Assembly (NCBI GenBank): GCA_017618175.1
Contig: JAFZUT010000006.1
Coordinates: forward strand, 1 to 63,012
DNA from: Alphaproteobacteria bacterium
GTDB lineage: Bacteria; Pseudomonadota; Alphaproteobacteria; Rs-D84
DNA length: 63,012 bases
Direction of reading: 5' to 3'
A program made the translations under genes and the position numbers. The notes under the pieces were generated by a model. That model made no database searches. It was not told the origin of the DNA and saw nothing but the letters and a program-made list of their open reading frames with translations. Shown in pieces: positions 1 through 9,459 of this stretch (position 1 is its first letter; every line of letters starts with the position of its first letter).

Positions 1-55
1 CGATTTGGCAATGGCGCGGATATGCCGGTTTTTGTATTCAAACTGGTCAAAAAAA

Positions 56-147
56 GGTACCTTTTTGTCCACCACTTTTTTTAGAAAATGTGATTCAGTA
101 AAATCAATGACTTACGAAATCTTGCGGGGTGGTCAAAAAAAGGTACC
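56..147. promoter_or_regulatory. Putative invertible promoter segment, type A (locus 1)
   Basis: GGTACC palindromic cores with A/T tracts at 56-61 and 142-147, 86 bp apart. The internal sequence recurs at 6092-6183, 25230-25321 and 41115-41206. IHF-consensus AATCAATGACTTA at 102-114; TGT-TACACT -10-like box at 152-160. Confidence 0.75.
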
Positions 148-188
148 TTTTTGTTACACTGTAATGCGAGGAATAAAGGGGAAATATT

Positions 189-710
189 ATGAAACAAGCA
201 TTATTCATCGGTGCAATTGCATCCGTTTTATCAATCAATGCATTTGCAGAAACAACAACATCAACCGTAACGTCCAAAAATTATGTCGATGCCCAAGACG
301 CATTGAAACAAAATAAAATACCTGCGGCGGGAACAAACGCATCAACCCCCGGTGAAACCGTTGTTACATATACAACAACCGGTAACGGTGTAATCGGTGA
401 ACGTGGAATTTTTAATTATGATACGGACTATGATTGGGACAATCACTCGGTGGAAACGGGACACGAAGGTGACTTGGTCACCGCCGGCGATGTTATGCCA
501 CAACTGGATTATTTATCCGGTGTTTACCAGGTTGATAAATATTGCACAGAATGGTCCGGAACACCGTATACGGATGAAAACTGTTTATTATGGTATATCG
601 GGGATAATATTATGGGCCCCTACAATCTGTGCCAAACTGACTCAGATTGCGATGGATGTGATGGTTGTATTAACGGCCTTTGTAAAGACGATGGAAGATG
701 TGATACGTAA
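189..710 (+). CDS. Secreted Cys-rich protein, dispersed family member 1 (MKQALF-type signal peptide)
   Basis: Signal peptide, conserved TVTSKNYVDAQDALKQ block, CxEW..CLLW motif and Cys-rich tail; AAGGGG RBS upstream. Confidence 0.85.
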   Translation: MKQALFIGAIASVLSINAFAETTTSTVTSKNYVDAQDALKQNKIPAAGTNASTPGETVVTYTTTGNGVIGERGIFNYDTDYDWDNHSVETGHEGDLVTAGDVMPQLDYLSGVYQVDKYCTEWSGTPYTDENCLLWYIGDNIMGPYNLCQTDSDCDGCDGCINGLCKDDGRCDT

Positions 711-742
711 AAAAACATGGGTGCGAATTCGCGCCCAACTTT

Positions 743-2122
743 TTAATCTTTCTTATCTTCTTCCTTTTTAACCGGTTCTGCCATTTTAGACATTGCGATA
801 ACCATTTCCATACCGCGTTGTAATTGGTAATCGCGCGCGTCTTTTTCCGCATCGGTTAAATCTTTCTCGTCATCTTCATCATCTTTTTTACCGGATTTTT
901 CTTTGGCTTTTGCTTTCTTTTCCGCCGCATCGTTCTTTAATGAATTGCGGAAAGACGCCTCGGAATACGCGCTTTCGCGCTTTTCAATTGGTTCGACTTT
1001 GGATTGCAAAACTTCAACATCCGGGGTAATCCCAGTGTTTTGAATAGATGTACCACTGGGCGTATAATACCGTGCAATTGTTATATGAATTGCCGTTCCG
1101 TCCCCAAGTGGCTTTTGTTGTTGCACACTGCCCTTGCCAAAACTTTGTGAACCCATAATAATTCCGCGCTTATTATCTTGGATTGCGCCGGCAACAATTT
1201 CCGATGCCGATGCAGACCCATGATTGATAAGCACAACCAACGGTTTCCCATTTGTTAAATCACCGGGTTTGGCAAAACTTCTGTCTATATCGGTTTTATT
1301 TTTTCCGCGGGTTGATACAATTTCCCCGCCATCCAAGAAAGCATCGGATACATCAATTGCCGCGGTTAAATATCCCCCCGGATTGTTTCGCACATCCAAC
1401 ACATAGCCTATCACTTTCTTTTTTTCCAAAGATTTAATTGCTTCACGCAAATCTTTTGCGGTTGTTGCCCCAAAGTCAGATATACGAATGTAGCCAATTT
1501 TGGGCGCATCGGTGTCCGCATCCGCCAATTGTTTTTCTTCAAACTTTATCGATTTAACCTTGATAATTGCACGTTTAAGTGTGATTGTTTTCGGTTCATT
1601 ATCACCAGAAATAACGGTCAGTTTTACTTTCGTTCCGGGTTTGCCCTTCATTTTCTTGACTGCCTGATTCAATGTCAAATCAAACACCGGTTCATCATCA
1701 ATATGTGTAATATAATCGCCGGCCTTGATTCCCGCATTATCCGCCGGTGTATCATCAATCGGTGAAATAACGCGCACCGCCCCACGGTCAGATGTAATTT
1801 GAATGCCCAGTCCGCCAAATTCACCGGTGGATTTATCATTAAAATCTTTGAAATCGTCTTTGTTCAAATACGAAGAATGCGGGTCCAGCGCCGACAGCAT
1901 CCCGTTCATTGCGGCCTCAAGCATCTTGCGTTCATCGGCTTCTTCGACAAAGTTTTCACGCGACACTTCGAACACCAGTGCCAATTTTTTCAATTCATCA
2001 TAAATCTGTTCATCGGTCAGGTGCTCAATCGGTTCTTCTTTTTTATTCTTATCGGCCGCCGCCGCAACATTCACCACCACCGGCAAACACATTACACACA
2101 AAACCAGAATTTTTTTCAACAT
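743..2122 (-). CDS. ctpA: Carboxyl-terminal processing protease, S41 family
   Basis: LDPHS motif, PDZ domain (GLGIQI), DVRNNPGG, SASASEI and FGKGSVQ motifs. Confidence 0.92.
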   Translation of the reverse strand: MLKKILVLCVMCLPVVVNVAAAADKNKKEEPIEHLTDEQIYDELKKLALVFEVSRENFVEEADERKMLEAAMNGMLSALDPHSSYLNKDDFKDFNDKSTGEFGGLGIQITSDRGAVRVISPIDDTPADNAGIKAGDYITHIDDEPVFDLTLNQAVKKMKGKPGTKVKLTVISGDNEPKTITLKRAIIKVKSIKFEEKQLADADTDAPKIGYIRISDFGATTAKDLREAIKSLEKKKVIGYVLDVRNNPGGYLTAAIDVSDAFLDGGEIVSTRGKNKTDIDRSFAKPGDLTNGKPLVVLINHGSASASEIVAGAIQDNKRGIIMGSQSFGKGSVQQQKPLGDGTAIHITIARYYTPSGTSIQNTGITPDVEVLQSKVEPIEKRESAYSEASFRNSLKNDAAEKKAKAKEKSGKKDDEDDEKDLTDAEKDARDYQLQRGMEMVIAMSKMAEPVKKEEDKKD

Positions 2123-2207
2123 ACCGCTTTCCTTTTTTTATTATTTATAACGGCAGTCTAGAATAAAAAAGTCGCATTCGCAACCTATAAATCAGGGATT
2201 AACCCAA

Positions 2208-3110
2208 TCAAAAAGCACGTGCGTATTTATGCAGCATATTGATTTGCTGTTTCAATCGATTCAGCATTTTGGCACGCTCATTTTTACCCAAATATTGAAC
2301 GTCCGTGACTTCTTCGTTCATTTGTTCCAATACATTGGCCACATTATGATATTGGGCAATTTGTTTCCAACGCGCATCATCAACAAAGTCCGCCGGTAAA
2401 TAACGCGCATCACGATAATTCAAATATCGCGCACGCACCGCATCCGCCACACCCAAATCATACGAATAAGATCGCAACATATCATAATGCAGGAAAGATG
2501 TCCCGACATCGGTAAAATCAATCACATTAAACTTTTTTGCCTTAAAATCATACAGAACATTATCTTCGAACAAATCGCCATGCACCCAAACAATACGCGT
2601 TTCGTACGAAGTATTTATAATATGCTGATATACTTTATCTATAAATTTTATTTCATCCCGGACAGATTTAATTTCTTTTTTTGAAAAATATTGGTCAACA
2701 TCTTCAAGAAAATCTTCCAAGTATTTAACATCCAACCCACATTCCATTTTATATTCTATTGGGTTTGGAATAACATCTATGGAATGCATATCCGCGTAAA
2801 ATTGCGCCAAAGAATCTATTACTTTTTCACGTGCATGGTCATCCAGGCCTCGAAACAACAACGGCGTCAACGGCACACCGGAAACACGTTCTTCCAACAC
2901 GCAGAAACGTTTGGAATCAATGGATTTAATGTGTGGCACGCCGTATGCATTATTACCAATATCGTGTAATTTTTGAATCGTGTCGGCGGCCCTTTGCTGA
3001 CGCGCCAACCATTCACGTTTTTGTGATATACTGCGCCCCGGCAAAGGTTCTTTGGAAACAAATTTGCCGTCCGCAATTTTTACCAAACTTTCGCGACCGT
3101 GTTTAATCAT
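2208..3110 (-). CDS. Aminoglycoside phosphotransferase/choline kinase-like protein
   Basis: HGDLxxxNV and IDF kinase motifs. Confidence 0.7.
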   Translation of the reverse strand: MIKHGRESLVKIADGKFVSKEPLPGRSISQKREWLARQQRAADTIQKLHDIGNNAYGVPHIKSIDSKRFCVLEERVSGVPLTPLLFRGLDDHAREKVIDSLAQFYADMHSIDVIPNPIEYKMECGLDVKYLEDFLEDVDQYFSKKEIKSVRDEIKFIDKVYQHIINTSYETRIVWVHGDLFEDNVLYDFKAKKFNVIDFTDVGTSFLHYDMLRSYSYDLGVADAVRARYLNYRDARYLPADFVDDARWKQIAQYHNVANVLEQMNEEVTDVQYLGKNERAKMLNRLKQQINMLHKYARAF

Positions 3111-3152
3111 ACTTTATTATATAATACAAAAATCATATTTTGTCAAACAAAA

Positions 3153-4229
3153 TCAGTTTTCTTTGAACAGTCTTGCCGGGTCAATTGCTTTATCGCCACG
3201 CCGCACCTCAAGATACATTTCCGGCTTGTTCGGGTTCATACGCCCAACGGGTTCACCCCCCAAAACTTCTTGGCCCACAACGACATCTATATCACCAAGG
3301 TTGGTCATAACGGTATTATAACCGTTTTTATGCGATATAATTATTACACGACCAAATCCCTTGAAACTGTCGGCAAATTTGACAACGCCATCGGCGGGCG
3401 CGGTCACCAACGCATCGGCATTTGTTCGTATACGCCACCCATCAGATTTCAACCCCAGCGCGGTCTTTTCGCCAAAGCGCACCACAACGCGTCCGCGCAC
3501 AGGTTGGTTTAACTTGCGAATTGAAAAACGCGAATCTGATGACATTTGCGAACTCCCTACGCCGGCGGACAATTCCGATATGCTTTTTGCGCGCGCCGAC
3601 AATTCGCGCAATTTTTGCTGTGTTGCCATTTGTTCGCTGCGCAGTTTTTCATTTTGCGCCGAACGCCGCCGCAACAATTTATCCAACAAATCTTTTTCAT
3701 CGCTGTATTTTTTTGCGGTCCGGTCTAATTTTTCTTTTTCAACCGCGCGCGCATCACGAATTTTATCTAACTCTGCGATTTTTTGACCGGCATCGATAAT
3801 CTGTTCATCAAACCCGTCGGCCATTCCGGCCAAGACCGCATTGGTCAATACAAATTCATGCATATTTTCTGCATCAAAACTTGGGTTCGCCGCAATAAAC
3901 ACCATACCCGCCGCCGCATCCGCCACACGCGCCTGGTTTTTTTCCAATTCCGCAACAAGCACCGCCCGCCGCGCATCCAATTCCGCAATTTTCTTGGCGA
4001 TATTGGCACGCAATTCTTCCAACGAAGAAACCTTGCCCGCCGCAGTCACCAATTGTTTTTTCGTTTTGGCCACATCACGGTCGGATGTTTTAACCTGTTG
4101 TTCCAATTGCTTATTTTTCTGTTCGGTCTGTTTAATCTGCGTTTGAATTTTGTCCAGTTCACTTGGCACGGCAAAAACCGAATTTGCCCCCCCCAACAAA
4201 ATCGCCAAAGTCAAAATAAATCGCAACAT
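3153..4229 (-). CDS. envC: EnvC-like murein hydrolase activator (coiled coil plus degenerate M23 domain)
   Basis: Signal peptide, long coiled coil, C-terminal LytM-like domain lacking Zn ligands (DGWRI, YLEVR); lies near ctpA. Confidence 0.75.
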   Translation of the reverse strand: MLRFILTLAILLGGANSVFAVPSELDKIQTQIKQTEQKNKQLEQQVKTSDRDVAKTKKQLVTAAGKVSSLEELRANIAKKIAELDARRAVLVAELEKNQARVADAAAGMVFIAANPSFDAENMHEFVLTNAVLAGMADGFDEQIIDAGQKIAELDKIRDARAVEKEKLDRTAKKYSDEKDLLDKLLRRRSAQNEKLRSEQMATQQKLRELSARAKSISELSAGVGSSQMSSDSRFSIRKLNQPVRGRVVVRFGEKTALGLKSDGWRIRTNADALVTAPADGVVKFADSFKGFGRVIIISHKNGYNTVMTNLGDIDVVVGQEVLGGEPVGRMNPNKPEMYLEVRRGDKAIDPARLFKEN

Positions 4230-5440
4230 TATTTTACAATTACCCGCAGAAAAGTTTTTTTACCACGTTGAACCATTATCTCTGGACGGGGTGCAATGGT
4301 CGTGTGCCAATCCGTAATTTTTTCACCGTTGATTTGAATACCGCCCTGTTCAACCATACGGCGTGCATCAGATTTAGATGCAAACATCCCAATTGCGACC
4401 AAGAAATCAACAATTCCCATCGGCGCGGCCATTTTAATTTCAACGCTTGGCGCATTATCGGCATTTCCGCCACTAAACAACGCCGCCGCCGCGCGCTCTG
4501 CGTTCTCTGCCGCATCGGCACCATGGGCAATTGTTGTTGCCGCGTTTGCCAAAATCCGCTTTGCCTCGTTCAGTTCTGCACCACGCAATTTCGCCAATTT
4601 GTTGATTTCATTGATTGGAATTTCCGTAAATATTTTCAAGAATTTTTCAACCAATTCATCCGGCGTATTGCGGAAATATTGCCAATATTCATACGGTGAC
4701 AATTTGTCTTCATTTACCCAAACGGCATTTCCGGCCGACTTTCCAATTTTATTTCCCGCCGCATCTGTAATTAGCGAAGTGGACAAAACAAACGCTTCCT
4801 TGCCCAATTTTTTGCGGATAAGTTCAATACCCATAACCGCGTTGCCCCATTGATCTGCACCACACAGTTGCAACACACAACCATATTTTTTATACAGTGT
4901 CAAAAAGTCAACCGCCTGGAACGTCATATAGTTAAATTCCAAAAATGTCATACCATTTTCCAACCGGCGTTTCACACTTTCCATAGACAACATACGCGGC
5001 ACGGTGAAATCAGTTCCAAATTCCGCCAAGAAATCAATATGCCCATAATTTTTCATCCAATCGTAATTATCAACAATAATTGCATCCGATTTGCCACGCC
5101 CAAACTTCAAAAATTTTGAATAAGATTTTTTTAACCCCGCAATATTTTTGGACAAAATTTCTTCGGTCATCATTGGCCGGCCCGTATCGCGTCCCGATGG
5201 GTCACCAATGCGCCCGGTTGCACCACCAACCAACATTAATGGCCGATGCCCAAATTTCTGCAACCAACGCATCATCATCACCGGGACAAGATGTCCCACG
5301 TGCAACGAATCCGCCGTTGGATCCGACCCCAAATACGCAGTAATATTTCCGTTATTTAATGCATCGGTCAAACCGTCCATATTTGAACATTGATTGATAA
5401 AACCACGCGCTTCCAATTCATGCAATAAATCATTTTTCAT
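4229..5440 (-). CDS. tyrS: Tyrosine--tRNA ligase
   Basis: DPTADSLHVGH (HIGH), GADQWGN, KIGKS (KMSKS-like) and C-terminal S4 domain. Confidence 0.97.
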   Translation of the reverse strand: MKNDLLHELEARGFINQCSNMDGLTDALNNGNITAYLGSDPTADSLHVGHLVPVMMMRWLQKFGHRPLMLVGGATGRIGDPSGRDTGRPMMTEEILSKNIAGLKKSYSKFLKFGRGKSDAIIVDNYDWMKNYGHIDFLAEFGTDFTVPRMLSMESVKRRLENGMTFLEFNYMTFQAVDFLTLYKKYGCVLQLCGADQWGNAVMGIELIRKKLGKEAFVLSTSLITDAAGNKIGKSAGNAVWVNEDKLSPYEYWQYFRNTPDELVEKFLKIFTEIPINEINKLAKLRGAELNEAKRILANAATTIAHGADAAENAERAAAALFSGGNADNAPSVEIKMAAPMGIVDFLVAIGMFASKSDARRMVEQGGIQINGEKITDWHTTIAPRPEIMVQRGKKTFLRVIVK

Positions 5441-5537
5441 CAAAATCGCCCTTTTTATATTAGTATAATTTTACCAAAATCCGCACGATATTCAATGAAA
5501 AAGTAGCAAAACAAAAATCCGCCCATCAGGGCGGATC

Positions 5538-6041
5538 TTACATCATACAACCCGGTCCGTTAAAACATACCCCATTATTGCCAGAACAACAATAACCACT
5601 CGGACAATCTCGGGCTGAATTGCATGATTGACCAATAACACGTTTTTCAGCCAATTCCCACAAAATACAACTGCTATCAACATGTATCTCACTGTTCCAT
5701 TCTACACAGGTTTTATATGTAACCGTCGTTTCTGGCAGGTTTGTTGCACTTTGTAACAAATCCCGTGTCACCAAGAAATTATCATTACAATCTCCATCAC
5801 CATCCGCATCAGCATCACAAATTCCACGTTCACCCAATACACCCGCTTCATCGGTGTATGTAACAACCGTTTCTCCAACACCGTTTTCCTCGTAATTGAC
5901 CCATGCTTCTGGTATCGTATTTTGTTTCAATGCGTCTTGGGCATCGACATAGTCCCGTGATGTGACGGTGGATGATGTTGCGTATGCATTTAACGCCAAA
6001 ACCGATGCAATTGCACCGATGCTAAGAATTGAAATCCTCAT
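5538..6041 (-). CDS. Secreted Cys-rich protein, family member 2 (MRISIL-type signal peptide)
   Basis: Same conserved N-terminus; body closely similar to 57583-58092. Confidence 0.85.
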   Translation of the reverse strand: MRISILSIGAIASVLALNAYATSSTVTSRDYVDAQDALKQNTIPEAWVNYEENGVGETVVTYTDEAGVLGERGICDADADGDGDCNDNFLVTRDLLQSATNLPETTVTYKTCVEWNSEIHVDSSCILWELAEKRVIGQSCNSARDCPSGYCCSGNNGVCFNGPGCMM

Positions 6042-6091
6042 ATTCCCTTCCTTTGTTATGCTTGTTTGGTATGTTTATATGGTAACAAAAA

Positions 6092-6183
6092 GGTACCTTT
6101 TTGTCCACCATTTTTTTTAGAAAATGTGATTCAGTAAAATCAATGACTTACGAAATCTTGCAGGGTGGTCAAAAAAAGGTACC
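6092..6183. promoter_or_regulatory. Putative invertible promoter segment, type A, flipped relative to its gene (locus 2; predicted ON)
   Basis: GGTACC at 6092-6097 and 6178-6183. On the minus strand it reads TGGACA (6107-6102), 17 bp, TACCAT (6084-6079). Confidence 0.75.
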
Positions 6184-6251
6184 TTTTTGTGACCAGCTAC
6201 CCCACCGCGTCCCGCGGTCCCCCCCTTCACGAAACGTGAAGGGGATTTATA

Positions 6252-6290
6252 AAAAACCGGCGGATTCCCGCCGGTTTTCACTAACCACTA
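6252..6290 (-). repeat. TAGTGGTTAGTGAAAACCGGCGG-N4-CCGCCGGTTTTT hairpin repeat / terminator
   Basis: Reverse-complement copy of the elements at 36055-36093 and 57390-57428. Confidence 0.75.
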
Positions 6291-6307
6291 TCCACTTACA
6301 CTAACCA

Positions 6308-7171
6308 CTAATACAACCCGAACTTGGTTATATAGTTAAATGAAATGCCGATTATAAAATTGCTGCCGTAATGTTCGGCGTCACGCGCCTTGGCACGGCG
6401 ATATTGAACATACGGTCCCATTGTAAAATCACCCCACAGGTTCGTATCCATACGCGCAACTACGCTTAAATCCCGTTCCAAATCTGTGCCAACATATTGG
6501 GAATAGTCCAGATACTCACGATAGTACCCATTTGTTGATAATTTTACCCCATCGCGAACACCGTATTCCAAACGCCAACCGATTTCGGCGGCCAGTTTGC
6601 TGACCTGGTCATGGCCGTATGTGAAATCATATTCATAAACGCCCGCGATATATAATTCTTTGATAATCGGCGAATCAAACACCGAAAAACCGGCCATACC
6701 GCGCAGCACCTTTAACCGGTTGTCCGAATCGTTTGCCGGCACGAATTCCGTTTCATACGCCGCACGCACCATTGGCCCCAATTTGAAAGAATCAAAATCC
6801 CAACACGCATAGTTCAAATTACTGGTCGCCAAGATTTTATCTGCGCTTTCGTTGACCAATGTTTCACCATCATACGGCTTTATCTTTGTCCGACCGTATT
6901 CCATAAACAAAGAATTATCCCAATTGAAACGGTCATGTTTATATTCCAAGGCCGTATCAAAAACACCTTTGATAAATTCTTGATCATCGGCACTTAATGC
7001 AGAAATCGGCGAACCTTGGTATTCCCCCGAATGGCGAACCGTGGTTTTCGACAAATCCAACCCTATTCGGCGAATATTCAAAATCAATTCTTTGCCCGCC
7101 AAATCGACATCGTCTGCATATGCCACGAATGGCAACAACGCCGCACACATAAATACAGAAAATTTTTTCAT
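6308..7171 (-). CDS. Predicted outer-membrane beta-barrel protein (DUF3078/DUF481-like)
   Basis: Signal peptide, amphipathic beta-strands, aromatic C-terminus. Confidence 0.6.
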   Translation of the reverse strand: MKKFSVFMCAALLPFVAYADDVDLAGKELILNIRRIGLDLSKTTVRHSGEYQGSPISALSADDQEFIKGVFDTALEYKHDRFNWDNSLFMEYGRTKIKPYDGETLVNESADKILATSNLNYACWDFDSFKLGPMVRAAYETEFVPANDSDNRLKVLRGMAGFSVFDSPIIKELYIAGVYEYDFTYGHDQVSKLAAEIGWRLEYGVRDGVKLSTNGYYREYLDYSQYVGTDLERDLSVVARMDTNLWGDFTMGPYVQYRRAKARDAEHYGSNFIIGISFNYITKFGLY

Positions 7172-7189
7172 AATCGCCCCCATATTAAA

Positions 7190-7807
7190 TTATTTGGAAA
7201 TATACAAAACACCGTCACGATCTTGGTAATGCCACCCGGCATCACGCAATGCAATGGTCAACGCCCCACGTCGCGCCGCCGGCACCCGAAAAGTCATTTG
7301 ATTTCCATCTATGGTTTTTGTATTCAAATCAATGCCATTATCCGCCGCGATTCTGCGCACGCGCGACCAATCAGTCAATTTATTATTCAACGACACAACA
7401 ACCCACGATTCGTGTCCGGCATCATCACCATCGCCCAACCAATTTTGAACACCGTTCGACACCAACCAATTCCGCGCCGCGTTGCGGTCAACCGTCATTG
7501 TTATATTTGCAGAATATGTCGTATCAGATTGTTTTTCGCCACTTATTCCTGAACTTTCAATAAGTGTTGTTAAAACGGCGGACTTTTCATTTTTAACCGC
7601 GGCACGCAACGCGGTTGAATCCGCATATGGCGATAATGCGTCAACAATAACCTGACGCCGGGCCTCATCCATTGCCATATTTTTTGCCGTTGCGGCGGTA
7701 TCACTGGTCACATTAACATGCGCGGTCGCGGTCAACGGTGCACCAAATGCGCCACCGGCCACCAACATAACCGCACCAAACACCAAGAATCTTATTATCG
7801 TTCCCAT
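7190..7807 (-). CDS. Secreted hypothetical protein
   Basis: Signal peptide; 205-aa ORF co-oriented with its neighbours. Confidence 0.7.
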   Translation of the reverse strand: MGTIIRFLVFGAVMLVAGGAFGAPLTATAHVNVTSDTAATAKNMAMDEARRQVIVDALSPYADSTALRAAVKNEKSAVLTTLIESSGISGEKQSDTTYSANITMTVDRNAARNWLVSNGVQNWLGDGDDAGHESWVVVSLNNKLTDWSRVRRIAADNGIDLNTKTIDGNQMTFRVPAARRGALTIALRDAGWHYQDRDGVLYISK

Positions 7808-7822
7808 ACGTCAACCACCGAT

Positions 7823-9361
7823 TTAGAATTTTGCCTGGACCCCGATACGGATGCCCATAGATTTATAAACCGATTCGATTTCATTGTCAACTTTGCACAC
7901 CCAACCCGGACATTCGTTTTTAATTTTTACAATGTTCTGGGCGGTTGGATCATTTGCCAACATATCGGATTCAGTATATCCTGCATCAATCCACGCCTGC
8001 AACAGTTCATTATAAATGCCGTTATAATACCCACTGTTCAGATAAGTGTTCGCCTCGCCACCCGACATAGTGTAATAATCGAACGTGAATCCAACGGTCA
8101 ATGCAACGGTATCGGTTAATGCCGTCATATAATTTGCACCCAAGCCAATATGCCACGCATCACCAAATCCGCCCTTGTCTTCCACGCTTTTTGGATGTTG
8201 CCAATCAGACCGATACGGTTGATCACCGGTCGCGGTATAAAGCGGCAATCCAAATTCAAGACGTGCATTCACCAAATTATACCTGTCAATTTCATAATCT
8301 AAATCCAATGCCAAATATGGCCCCATCCATGTTGTTTCGTACGAATGGCTAACCCCCGGTAATTTGAACATATATGTTCCACCGGTGTTCACGCCATCGG
8401 CCCCGGCACCAATCACCCAGAAACCATTGGCATCAACCGCCGGATTCCACAAAACTTGTTGAGTGTCATTGTTATAATGTATCAAAACAATCGGGTCACA
8501 TTGAATTTCATCGCCACCCGCAGATGTCCCAGAACAATACCCGGTATCAACGGTTAAACCATAATCTTGTTTTGTTTCCAATTTTGTCCGCAAATAACGG
8601 AACCCAATCGACGGTGTCAAACGCGCAGACCCCAACTTCATAAAATCACTTAACCCAAATCCAATGTTAAATCCCATCATATCGCCACTAGTACTGTTGC
8701 CAATGGAAAGCGAATGACCAATCTGCTGACCAATATATTCATCAACATTCGGGTCATATTGTTGGTTACCGTTCACATCGTCCCACCATTCGGTCACCAG
8801 ATAACCACCATTTGTAATATCGTCATCAATCATTGGTGAATCGCCAAATTGCATACCATAACGGAATCCGGCATCAATCTGCATTTTTGTATTTCCACCA
8901 AAACGATACCCCGCCGTAATATCCAACACGTTCCAACGCAGGTTGTCATAGTGCAACTTACTGCCCGCGTCTTTCATTTCAAAGTTCCAATTTGCAAATT
9001 CGTGCGATAGTCCGCCACCCAGCCAGAATCCATCACCCTTTTGAATATTTGTGCCGTTTGCACCCGATGTTTTGGTTGTTTGCGTCCGTGTTTGCTGTTC
9101 TGTGCCAACCACACGTGTATATCCGTTATATGGTTGCCCGATATACGCATTATCATTTGGCGTAACGGTCCGCGTACGGGTGTATGTGGTATCTTGACTG
9201 TAATTAGTGGTTTTTGCGCGATTGGCATAACCACTGGTCGAATAATTTCTTTGTGGCGAATTATAATTTCCCGTGTAATAGGTCCCCGCCGCGGCCGCAA
9301 TTCCCGGCATCAATGCAAACAAAGAGCAATTCAAAACAAATGAACAAAGTCTTTTTCCCAT
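7823..9361 (-). CDS. Predicted outer-membrane beta-barrel protein (omptin-like pattern)
   Basis: Signal peptide, Thr-rich N-region, beta-strands, terminal IRIGVQAKF with C-terminal Phe. Confidence 0.6.
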   Translation of the reverse strand: MGKRLCSFVLNCSLFALMPGIAAAAGTYYTGNYNSPQRNYSTSGYANRAKTTNYSQDTTYTRTRTVTPNDNAYIGQPYNGYTRVVGTEQQTRTQTTKTSGANGTNIQKGDGFWLGGGLSHEFANWNFEMKDAGSKLHYDNLRWNVLDITAGYRFGGNTKMQIDAGFRYGMQFGDSPMIDDDITNGGYLVTEWWDDVNGNQQYDPNVDEYIGQQIGHSLSIGNSTSGDMMGFNIGFGLSDFMKLGSARLTPSIGFRYLRTKLETKQDYGLTVDTGYCSGTSAGGDEIQCDPIVLIHYNNDTQQVLWNPAVDANGFWVIGAGADGVNTGGTYMFKLPGVSHSYETTWMGPYLALDLDYEIDRYNLVNARLEFGLPLYTATGDQPYRSDWQHPKSVEDKGGFGDAWHIGLGANYMTALTDTVALTVGFTFDYYTMSGGEANTYLNSGYYNGIYNELLQAWIDAGYTESDMLANDPTAQNIVKIKNECPGWVCKVDNEIESVYKSMGIRIGVQAKF

Positions 9362-9459
9362 CTTTCACTCCATACTATTATCAAACCTATTTTATCATAA
9401 AAATATTGAAAAAAAAACAGGATTATGTAAAATGCCATCGGTTTTTTATCAAACCATGT

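Noticed and set aside
56-147. MITE or IS explanation for the segments
   Set aside because: Every copy lies directly upstream of a family gene at a fixed distance, none is randomly inserted, and no transposase is present. Not fully excluded without the whole genome.
5-316. ORFs running through the switch segments (5..316, 6101..6304, 57399..57734, and N-terminal extensions to 25366 and 41269) sharing KKGTFLST..GGQKKVPFC
   Set aside because: They are translations of the repeated non-coding element. Their frame relative to the downstream gene differs between loci, and the real genes have their own RBS and signal peptide.
2208-3110. Antibiotic-resistance gene call for the APH-like kinase
   Set aside because: Only generic kinase motifs are visible and there is no mobile context, so the substrate cannot be assigned.
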